Below, piece by piece: positions 50,621 through 62,000 of a DNA stretch of 64,000 bases. The notes below the pieces were generated by a model. The model saw nothing but the letters and a program-made list of their open reading frames with translations, had not been told where the DNA came from and searched no databases. The stretch is from Balanoglossus misakiensis (Eukaryota; Animalia; Hemichordata), in the NCBI GenBank assembly GCA_040954595.2, contig CM082588.2:8106844-8170843 (forward strand), read 5' to 3'. Within the stretch, counting starts at the first letter, position 1; each line of letters opens with the position of its first letter. A program made the translations under genes and the position numbers.

Positions 50621-53417
50621 TGGTAAGGAAATGTGAAACCATACCTTTTTCTTCTTTGGGCAATTCACAAACTTGTGTCATTTGTATGGAATGCTTTGTG
50701 CAATTGTACAATGGTTACTTACAGACTTGCCACAGCTGATCCCAGTGTTTACACTTCAGTAGCATTCAGTGTAACCGATAAAAATCACAATGCTGACATT
50801 TAAACTCTGAAGAGAAAAAAAAACTTGGCACAAGTTTTGCTTCATTAGATACATGATGTATACAAGGCATGCCACGGTACAGCTGAACTGTGAATTATCT
50901 TCAGGGATGACTCGTTCTAGTTGAACACTATTTTTTCCCGAATGAAAGCAGAATTAAAAACAAAAGACAACACTGTAAACAGTGTTGTGACATGTAGAGT
51001 GTTGAACTCCATTACACCATTTTCACATCTTGAACAATTCACTGCGCTAGCAAGATTACCAAACATAACTGGAATTCAGACCATGACTACACACTTAACA
51101 ATCCCTATTCATTGTCTTTCTTTCTTTATTGATAGTAATGGACAGTGGAGATGATGAAAGGTGGGTAATCTTTTTTAATTTATTTATCAGTGGGATTTAT
51201 AAACAGTTAAAGGTGAACACACTTCAGATCAAACAAAAATCCTACAAAAACCTCAGCAAGGGAGAAAAGTTGAATGTTGTCATAATATTTGTCCATGTTT
51301 AAATTAATGATACAATTGTACCAGTTGCTAGGCATACCTGAAGAGTGTGTTTAGTTTTAACAAATGTTGTATTGATAGATTTAGTGCCAAAGTAATACAA
51401 AATGTGTTAATTATTGATTATTAATTAATCATGTGATAGTTTGCAGACAAACCTGACCCTCCTAGTAAACCATCAGTCACAGATATTACCAAGGCAGGCA
51501 CCGAGCTATGTTGGACAACACCATCAAACGATGGCGGTACTCCTATCACAAACTATCTCCTAGAGTTCAAATACCACGGGAAAGACCAGTGGACCCAGCT
51601 TGCTCATCATCATTTCTTTATGAATAGATTTAGAGTTATAGAACTTAAAAAAAAATCAGAATGACAAGATAGTGTAGAAATATTTTATTTTATTAACCTG
51701 TACATGACCGTGTATATTTAGAATGCCAATTTGTAGATCTAATACTTGCCGAGTCATATAATATATATTCAAGGTAGAAAAATATATGTCAAGTCTTTGT
51801 TAATATCTGTACAACAAGTGTAATTTCATGTCATTAGACTTTGAGGGGACTGGGAGTTACGTTTTTTATGAAAGGAATTTTTTTATGAAGGAACAAAAAA
51901 TGAACTATGCAATTATTCTATAAGGATGAAAAGTCCCACCAGCCTAACTCACCACCTCAATCAAAATCAGTCAGTATGTTTTGTGTGTAAAATTTATTAA
52001 GTAAATGACCGGGCAGTTAGCTTAGATACGATAGGAATTTTGACAGCTGTGTGAAAAGCAGATATAATTTTGTATGAAGTGCTTAGTATAGTAGAAAAAT
52101 AAATGCAATGCAGTTTCATACTTATGAAATGTTGTGTGTCGTGTGTTTGTCTGCCACGGACGAAAAACTCCCAAGGATGAACTCTGCTTTGTGTGAAAAT
52201 TTTATTTCAGGCAATGTACAATACAATTATTCTGATTACAAAACAAGTTGTCATCTGTACAGCTAACCATCCCCATTTTGAAATGGAAAAGTCCAGTGTG
52301 ACTTAAGCTGTAGTTGGAGACATTGCAAATCGGTGGTCAAAACGGGGTAGCAAGAGTTACATTCCGCCCAAATGGTGACTAACACTAATCTGACAAGAGG
52401 GCTGGAAACCCTACAAAAATGTCTTCATCTGTTGACACTGCTTTATCGTGGAAGTAACCTGGTTGTGAAGAATCTGGAAACCAGTTATGCTGACCGTAAA
52501 AGATTCAGCTCTATTCATTTGTTGTGCTGGGATATTGACAAGAATCTGCGGTTGAATACTGTGTTGTGAAGAGCTTTTGTCATCGACTTAAAAGCCGGTG
52601 CCTTCCATTGAAAATATATTATGCAAACATTTGTCAGATGTATTACAAGAACACAATGGTAAATTGTAGCTTACACCAACTCCGACTCTCTGTACGGAAG
52701 AGTGCATACTGAATCTCAGCACGCACAGCTTTTAACTTTATTCAAGTACACAGAACCAACACTGGAAGTTGCGCCCCCAGAAATGCCACTCCCACATGAC
52801 ATCAAATGAAACCCTAGAAAACCTCTCCTGTCACTCCGCCTGGAAAATTTCCCAGAATCCATTGGTGCTGTCTCCCAAGTTGCGAATTAGTCGCCTCTAG
52901 CTTGGTGATGGAGGTCAAAGTTCAGAAATTTGCATGCTCGTGAAGGAGATATAAACATGTGACACTAGAGATAAAGGCGATATATGTAAATCGATAGCCG
53001 GGACCTGTATCTTGCCTCTTGACTTGCAGATAATACACACTTGGAATAGGATCAAAACGCAACACTGTTGAGAGTTGCATGTCAGGTGGAGCCAACAGGG
53101 ACCTCATTCCGACATACAAGACAGAGAACAGATGAATTAATTTCAGGCCACTTGACACATATATTGGAGTTTGGCATTTCTATGTTACATAATTTACATT
53201 GTCAGGAGGTTAGTCAGACTTTAAAACAACCTGGAGCGGTGTGGAGCTTCTTGGCAAATAAACTAACTACCTCACTACTAGGTAAACTGTGGAGATGGGA
53301 AAAAGTTTTCCAAAGTGGGACTCGTCAAGGAGATGCGATGGAAAAACTTATGTCATGGAAACTGGAGGAATCCCATCTTGATGGGGAGTGCCTAGAGCAC
53401 ACAGTGTTAGCATGTGT

Positions 53418-54647
53418 AGAATACGGAAGTTGGTAAAAAAAAACGTGTACGAATGTATTGGCCGCCATGAGATTATAGCAAATTCCATTTCATTTGAAAG
53501 AAACACGAATTTTTGTGATCAACGCGATCAACAATCTGATTCTCTTCCAAATGAAATGGAAATTGTAGAGGATTTTGACGGATATTCTAGAAACATTTCC
53601 ATATTTTCAAGTGAAAAGTACTGGTACACTGTACTTGCAGGACGCGGGGTTTCTGCTGACAGCGCCCCCATGTGACCATTTGATACAATTTTTGTGCTCA
53701 TTCTAAAAGTGAAGCGGTCGTTGCACCGCGTGGGTGTCCCCCTTGATGAGAATATGTCCTCCCATACCAGCACAAACCCCACTGCAGTCGCCACGACCTA
53801 CTAGGATCTGCGGTCGCTGTCATGCCCAGTCTATGCTACGGTTGGCTGCTTCGTTCATTCTAAGAATTATCTAATTTCAGGGATTTATGGATGAATTGTA
53901 ATAATTATAAACAAACGTGGCGCGATGACCCCTTCACTTTAAATGTTAAAAGACACTACACTTCTTGTAGTTGGACACAACAAACTCAAACTTTTATTCC
54001 TTAGTGTTTGCAGATCAAGTTCCTATGAAATGTCAGTTTTCCAGATATAAACATGACTATTTTAACTGGCCTTCATAAGATAAGCTTATTATAGCAATAA
54101 ACAATGTTTACTTGGAACCATTTTGACTACTATGATGCTGTTGTCACATGAGCTGTAAAGCACCAAAACGAAGGAAAAGGCCTTAGGCCAAATAAAAAAA
54201 TATGTGCTGTTCCGATTACATGGTTTTCAAAAATAGGGTAGGTAGGTAGAGAATTTTTTTTTATTTCTCTATTAGCCATAGTGTAGAAGAATGACATCAT
54301 AGTTCTTGCATGATTCACGCAATTTTCATAAACTTTGTATATTTGACATTGTTATTTTTTCTTCCGGTTTAAGAAGCTTTAAAAAGTTTAGGGTCGGCGG
54401 GTTAAAATTAGGGTAGGTCGAGTAATCGGAACAGCACATATATTTTTCTTTGGCCTTAAAACATAGTTGGTAGATTTCGCGTGATTAAATTCCGGTGGGG
54501 CAAGTGTATGTCAGTCCTAAGAATTTTATGCCAAAGAACCCCCGTAATTTTTTTCTGTTTAAAACAGAAAAATGTAATTAAAACATTTGTCATTGCAGTA
54601 AAGTCGTTTTTTCATTTGTCAAAATTTTACAAAAGTGCCAAAAAATT
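53418..54647 (+). repeat. Right copy of the direct duplication, in the MPC1 3' flank
   Basis: Collinear with 46076-47425. Carries the same family C MITE and Harbinger-like MITE (54186-54455). Confidence 0.92.
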
Positions 54648-54879
54648 GCTGTACATGTTTGCAAGCGGAAAACATAACTGACAAAGAGATTTCCTAAAAG
54701 ACAACATTTCTCGATCGAGGAACTTGCCGATTTAATATTTACATCAGACTTCTGACTTGTCTGTTTAAATATGCAGATACGACCTTACAGCTCTAACACA
54801 ATGATTTATGAATGCACACTGTCTTCTGTAGTTCCAGTAAAATAATGTTAGACATGACAAGCAGCTGCTGGTGCAAAAT

Positions 54880-55841
54880 CTATGTGGCTTTTTGCTTGTG
54901 TTCTTTTCCTCCTAGGTATCTGAAAGAGACAAGACAAATAGTTTTTGTAATCATCAGGTTTGCCAGTATGTCAGAATAATCATGTTGTTCAGTCAAAGGG
55001 GACTGCAGTGGCTACTTGCGGCTGACATCAAGTAGCCATTTATTAAAGGGACAAAGTCTCTCTCTCGTTGCCCTTTTTTCCATTAATTATGTTTGATACA
55101 AGACACTGTTTATGTTAATGTACATGTGGATATATAGTGAATCAACGTTCGACCACACACAACTTCCATCCCACTTGTATGATATGAGAGTAAAAACTCG
55201 CCCAAAATGAATAAATGGTAAAGAACGATTATTCATTTTGGCGAGTTTTTCACTCTCCTGTTCATTCACTATATATCCACATGTAGAATAACAAACAGTG
55301 TCTTGTATCAAACATAATTAATGGAAAATAAAAATACTTCAAAAATATTCCCTATCCTCACCATTAAGCCATATTACTTGCATTTGCATTCGTTTGTCAT
55401 CTCTTGACGACGCATACCACAATAGCTGCGTACTGTTTGTATGGAGGCTGATTAAATATGGGTTTAATTTACATTTACTTACGAATAATGTATGAGTCTA
55501 CATCCTTGCGTGATTTGTGCCGCTTCATTCGTCATGTGACATGCCAGAAGTAACAAATTTCGGGGTTGCACTTTCCATGCAAATCTCATAAACAGACCTG
55601 AGTAAATGCACAAAGCTGGAAAAGAAAAAAAAAGGCACATTATCAGAGTTGGTGATAATGCAAAGTATCGCATAAATTACACAATGAAATGGACTCTTTA
55701 CGCATTTTTGCATAATTATGCATTTTTCATCTGTAAAGGATTACAGAAAAATATTTCATACATATTCATTTCCTGTTTGTCTTCGTGTGTCATTACCTTG
55801 TCATTTAATACATAGATACATAGATACATACATAGATACAT

Positions 55842-55876
<35 letters not shown>

Positions 55877-57402
55877 GCCTAACTGATTCTATTATGCACA
55901 AAAGTCATGACTGTCAGAAGGTAATAATCAACAGCTACAAAACTGTGCACACAAGAGGGATCTTACCAAATGTCATTTTTCCACTAATAATTTCTGGATC
56001 CTTCTTCATATCTGCTAAAGCCGCTAGAGGAATTCCCCAGTTGGCAACTGCAAACATATATGATATGTGCAAGTGAGACATACAGCACAGGGATTTATTC
56101 AGGGAAAGTGGAGAAATACTTAAATGATAGAAGCTGAATAAGTTCTTTGTCTGTCAGCTCTTCTGTCTTTCTCTTACCGAGAGGTATATAAACTTTGTTG
56201 ATTGATTGATTGATTGATATTGATTGACTGAAGACAGTGAGATGGACAAACAGGCAGACCCCATACCCTAAAATCAAATTATGTCGTTATACCACATAAT
56301 AATCTGATGTTTTGATCTAGTACATGTAGATGATGCAATTAAATCAATCGTACTAACCTGGTCCCCAGAAATGCTGCAAGATAATAATAAAGTTCACATG
56401 GTTATAAAAAAATTTAAAGTTGAAAACAATTAGACATTACAACATTGATTGATACACAAATGAGATAGAAACTGGCATAGACAAGCCAGATACAGCTGAT
56501 CAATGTTACTTCTCTTGGGTTAATTCAGACTAACATCAAATATATTTGAACTAAGTATGATATAGTATCCATAAATGTACTTACAGTACTGCAAGGTGTG
56601 TCACAGAATGTTACATGTGTTAGAGCAGCATCATTGATGAAGGAAATCCAAGGAAAGGGAAACGAGAAAAGAAGAGAATTGGAAATTAATTTAATAAACA
56701 AGTCATCGTAAATGTTATGCTGCAATGTTCTCTCACCAGCTATGGCCACAACACTAATTTTGGGAAAACAATAGATATGTAGCGTATCAGTACAATTACT
56801 GAAAAATTGCAACCATACTGGGCAGGGGGGGGGACCTTTTTGTTTGAGGTCCAGATGCAATGCAAGAGATGATCCCTGTCGACAGTATTACTTATTAGCC
56901 AACTCATGGCAAACTAGACCCAGCCTAGCCATAGCACATTTACTAGCTTGTCCTTAGTTCTGCGTGGCAGCTGCGCTGTGATGTTACTGACTGTGCCTTG
57001 TCTTAGCTCTACGGTTGGAGGCGCATACTTCAGGCTCAGCCAAGTTGCTCCGTAGATAGAGCGATAAGCTACATGAAGGCTAGCTGCAATGATTGTAGCG
57101 GGTGCTGAACTGCATTGCCGTTACGTCATTAGTCTAGTGTCTAGCCATATTTTGTCCGCTTTGCTTCCAAATACATGTAATGATGTATGGCTAGATTCAA
57201 GACTTTATGTCATGTACATGTATGATCGAGTGTATGCGAGTGTGTATTACGTCAGCGCTTTGTGACATCTCACAAAGCTCCAGTTTCCTAAACGTAAGAC
57301 TTCTCGACCTCACACAAAATCTTACACTTACCTTGTGAAATAATCCCTCGTCTCTTTGCTTTTGAGACTGTTCCATGCACCACGAAATATCCTGGCCGCC
57401 AT
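54880..57402 (-). CDS. MPC1: Mitochondrial pyruvate carrier 1, 6 exons, 114 aa
   Basis: Exons 57402-57332, 56588-56585 (4 nt), 56373-56358 (16 nt), 56047-55967, 55615-55483, 54919-54880, total 345 nt. Protein: [114 protein letters not shown]. Confidence 0.95.
55047..55329. mobile_element. MITE family B, truncated copy in the last MPC1 intron
   Basis: TTAA|AGGGACAAAGTCTCTCTCTCG... closely matches 17241 onward, with an internal deletion and no right TIR. Confidence 0.8.
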
Positions 57403-57560
57403 TTTGCCGGTTGAGGTATTAGGGCGCTCCACGCGGCCGTATTTTCTTTGTCGCTGCTTTTGTTTTTATTCCAGGGGCCCGACCCCGGCCGGCCACACCC
57501 TCCCGGCGTTGCTCTGTCAAGCTAGCTCTTGCAGGTTGAGGTTCGTTCTTGATCTCCCGT
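57403..57560. promoter_or_regulatory. Probable bidirectional promoter between MPC1 and UBE3D
   Basis: Short GC/CpG-rich stretch between the divergent genes. A YY1-like AAAATGGCG overlaps the MPC1 ATG. Confidence 0.45.
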
Positions 57561-57867
57561 TGTACACTGTGTATTTACGGAACTCAAAAGCAACAATAGG
57601 GGTTCTATCAAATGATAATCTCAGTGGACCAAATTAGCTCAGCTCAGGAAGGTCAAGGAGTTTTTGTTTTTTATTTATGAGGGGTGGGTCAGTGGAAATG
57701 GGGGGGGGGGGGATATGTTACAACACTTACCCTGGAAAGGTTCACCATATGACGTTGGGCGATCTATAGATTATTTTTTTACCAATAATATAGCGTTTTT
57801 TTACAGTTATTTACAACATCGGCAAACAACAGCAAAGAATGACACATTGTTTTTTTAAAAGAATATT

Positions 57868-57868
57868 T

Positions 57869-57945
<77 letters not shown>

Positions 57946-58011
57946 TAGCCCGGAGACCAGGCCCCTACGCCCTGGTCTCCGGGCTACATCATCATCATCA
58001 TCGTCGTCGTC

Positions 58012-58073
<62 letters not shown>
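57868..58073. repeat. Compound (CAT)n / (CAA)n microsatellite with an inserted 41-bp hairpin
   Basis: (CAT)n 57868-57945, hairpin 57946-57986, (CAA)n 58011-58073. Confidence 0.95.
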
Positions 58074-59092
58074 GATTTCTAAGTTCCCTGTGACATAACT
58101 GAGCTTCCTAGGCCCCTTCAAAAATCGGCCTCGAGAAACAGTCACAGTAAACCAAATTTAATGCCAACAAGATAGTGTTACAGAGTATGAAAATCACATG
58201 TTACTATAATTCGGATTAAAGAACAAAAGGACATTGACCTGTCCAGCTCGGAAATATTGTCTTGACCTCAGCACGGTCACCGTGACCTCAGTCATGTCTG
58301 AAAAGCCAAAGGTCATCAATGGCGCCCTCTGGAGAGGCAAGACAGCTGATTGTGGATGATAGAATTTCAGTGGTGTTTCTTCTTCTAGAATTGATAAGCA
58401 GTCGCTGATCGTGCGCTCCACACGACCACAGTGACGGCACACAACCAACTACCAGCAATGGAAAATAGAGAGTGTGTTGCCCCTGGTTACAGTGTGTTCA
58501 TTGAAGGAAGAGAGAGCATACACGCAGCGCATGTGGTGTTGGGCTTGGGCGATACAGAATCGAGAGGGTGAGTGGATAATGTAACGATCGATGTTCCTTT
58601 GTCAATTTTTTATAACATGTGCACCTTTTGAGTCTAGGGAGGAAATGGTCAGCTGCAATGATTGTACCACAGGCGCCCCTGCAGAGCGTTTCGGGGGCGC
58701 CCCCCCCCCCCACTTGCTATTTGTCGATACTCCCCCTGTTGGGACCCCCAAGCAGTTTGTCGGGGGGGGGGGGGGGGTCAGTGCCCCTAAAAATGATGTC
58801 ATGCACCTACGTGTTGGAGATATAACATTCCCCCCTTGCCAGAATGGAATCCCCCTCCCCCAAAGAAATATTCTGGCAAAGGGGGACATACCCCCCCCCC
58901 CCTGCTGATGCCATCCTGGATGGACCACTGGTATGGCATTCAGTGTTCACTTTAGCTGTGGTAACGCAGCTGAAACATTGGGGGGGGGGGGGTCCATGGG
59001 GGTAATCAGCCCCCCCCCCCCCCAATGGTGATGCTCGTACCCCGTCAGAAAATGAATTGCTCTGAAAATTCTGTTTCCTTTTTTTCTCACAG

Positions 59093-62000
59093 TTTGACTT
59101 CAAAAGTAAATGTGGCAGTCTACGGGTCAAGTATACAAGTTACCAAAGCTGATAGTATTCCTGTAAACATCACAATTCCTGATATAGGCCTTATTCCGAA
59201 GTCTTGCCGCATCCTCAAGTGGATACCAGGAGAAGGTCTTCACATGAGGTTTGAAACCAGGACCAAAGCAGATCCATCCATTAATGGAATAATAGCCGTT
59301 GAGGAACTTTTAGATATCAGGGAAGAGTTGGAACAGCTGTCAAATCTGACCGAAAATCAGTTTGGATGTAAAGTTTGTGGAGCCAACATTTTGCGGGCAA
59401 ACAGGTGAGTCATAATGAATATTGATTTGTGTTGACACTTTGGCATCCAATGTTTGTTTGTATTTACATATTGACAAAGTTTTGGAGACATCAGAAGTTC
59501 AGTGTTGGATAAAAAAACAAAGACACAGGAAGGAAGCAAGTCGGGGGTTAAAAAACAGGATGGTCAGAGGTCACAGACTTGCAAAAATTCCCATCGGACC
59601 AGTGATTATAATAAATACATATTATGACTAGCCCTCGGTCTACCTAGTCGCCAATTCGCCAAAGGCAACTAAAAATTCTATCTGACTAAAAAATTATCAT
59701 TTGGCAAAAACCCAAGGCGAAATGCTTGTTACCAGTGATAAGGAAATATGAATCATTGCAGTGATTATCTTCCGTTGCGATCATGCAAGACAAATCCAGA
59801 CAATCAAGTCATAGTTCCGGACACCAGTAACACTTTTTGAATAAGTGTCAAGTATGGAAAGCCACAGCTTTCTTTAGCGTAGATACATGTACCAGTATTT
59901 AATTTCTCAAATGATCAGAGTTTTCATTATGTACCCTTCCCTTATAATCATTATGTTTTCCTTTCAGTTGTTTTAAAAGAGTGCGTCAATTGCCTTCTGA
60001 AAACTGGCATGAAGTCATTGATGATTGGTGTTGTCACAGTACCAGTGAAATGGAAAAGATGAAGAAGACTTCGTTAGTACCAAAAGAGAATGATTGTTTC
60101 GTTGGGAATTTGTACATTTGTATAAGTGTTTCTGATGTTCAACGGGATTCATTGGTTTGTGAAGAAACATCAAATCTGACAATGGTAACTAAGTAGTGGT
60201 GCTGATATTGAAATCAAATATTTAGTTTACAAGGAAAGTTTCTTCATTTAAAGGCATACAGTCACGTGCAATTTACATACCCCCATATATGGCTAGAATG
60301 GAGTATTTGGGTGTTCTGAAGAACATATGGTGGCACTCTTATTTTCGTGTGTGCCACCCACTGAAAATCTGTGATTTGCTAGATTTTTATTTGCTATGGT
60401 AACTGTAGCTATTTTTTCATAGGTGACCATACACCTCTAGCATTGTTTATTTTTTGTGACAATCCGAGAAGGCCCCTAAATGACCAGCTGTCTAATTAGT
60501 GATAATCATATTTTTTTGCTTATGTAGGGTACTAATGTAGCTGTTATGTGTCAGAGGTGTCGAACGCAGCTTGGAGAAGCACCACTTGCAGGTAAGAAGG
60601 CATCCAAGTATACAGTGAAACCTGTCTATTAAGGACACCTATGGGACAAGAAAATGTGTCCTTACTATAGAGGTGTCCTTAATACACAAGTAATATTCTA
60701 TTCAATCTATGAATGTTGTCTCAAAAAAATTGTCCTTAATAGAGAGGTGTCCTGATTAGAGAGATGTCTGTATTGACAGGTTTCACTGTATATGGTGGTT
60801 TTGAATCACCTTCTTGCTATTTGAAATTTTGTTTCTCATTTGCTACATGTTTATGTATATGTACCATTGGCAGGAGTAATCAAGATTTTTCATTTTATTT
60901 CAGAATTCAATGAGAGACAAGGAACAGGTTTTGACATGGTTGAATGTGTCAAGTTCTATAAAAGTTGTATCACTTTCAAGGGCAACCAAAATTTATTTAA
61001 GTAAGTTATTTATATTTACCAGCTTTTAATAAAGTACTTTTTAGAGTGAATACCTCTCAGACAAATATCAATGTACTGTATCACATATAGAGGCAAAATA
61101 CTGGTACATGATGTCATATACATCTGGTATAGAAATTAGACTATTAATGTACACAAGCATAAACCGCTAGAGTATATGTCACAAACTCTATGTTCATTCT
61201 GTCTTCAGGTCATACACATTGGAAACACATCTTTCGCTCTCGCTCAGGATTCAATCTATACTTGACACTGGTTTTCGCTATATTGTTAAATCTCAGAGTG
61301 GAAAGAAACCAGCCATTGCACTGGTAAGTGCTTTTGTCATGTGCCATGGCCCCCAAAAATATGTATTCTCTGCCTTAAGTGATTTCTCTGTGCAAAATAC
61401 ATTTTCCACATTGCAGTTATGGGATTCAAATCGCTGAGCAATTTTCCATAGACCACTTCCAGGATAGGGTATCTGCAGTGCATGATGGTATAATTTGCAT
61501 TCAAGATGGCGGCTAGTACATGGCTAACGCACGCGCTCAGAACGCAAACTGTCCCACAACACCCTGCGTTATTCTATCCGCGAAGTGGTCCATGGCCAAT
61601 ATGTCAAGAATGCATGCTTGCCTGTAAGATAAGTAAGACAAAAATCTGAGACTGTCTCCAGACTATAATTTCGCTACTCTGATTAACTCTTTATTTGTCA
61701 TTTCTGGGTATTTTACTAAAATTAGTATTCTCATAACATCTAGTAGTGGTTTATACTTGACTAATAAATATGTTGTCCATATTTCAGCTGTGGTTATTAA
61801 ACTCGGACACGCGCCTGATAACCAACTGTACTAAATCCAACAAGGCCTTCCAGCAACTCATTGGACCTCTATACCGTAGGCACGCAGGACATAAAAAAAA
61901 CTCCCTTTGCTCAAATACTATTATGAAGATATTATACAAGAGTTGCATTGCTAAACAAAATGAAGAGTAAGTGTTGTTTTTTTTGTATGGTATACACAAG

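Larger units (their letters stand above)
48877..51664 (+). pseudogene. MYLK: Myosin light chain kinase-like gene fragment: kinase C-lobe exon, telokin-like Ig exon, truncated FN3 exon
   Basis: Exon 48877-49371 (ELFERVI..HLNLKPENIMC..DFGLAR..GTPEFVAPE..DMWSVGVICYVLLSGLSPF), Ig region ~50220-50622, FN3 exon 51447-51664 (DKPDPPSKPSVTDIT...WTTPSNDGGTPITNYLLE). Lesions: catalytic D>N, GGG>GGR, apparent frameshift near 50285, CGTT duplication at 50611-50618, premature TGA in FN3. No N-lobe or calmodulin-binding exons seen. Confidence 0.75.

Noticed and set aside
53068-53436. 122-aa ORF with CLEH motif (SWIM or transposase relic?)
   Set aside because: Non-ATG start and no recognisable domain. It cannot be supported without a profile search.
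46076-54647. LTR retrotransposon or KolobokP interpretation of the direct repeats
   Set aside because: No TG..CA ends, PBS/PPT, gag/pol, terminal TIRs or TSD seen. The repeats are MITE-containing flank DNA.
57839-58093. Poly-Ile/Ser/Thr ORF
   Set aside because: Translation of (CAT)n/(CAA)n repeats.
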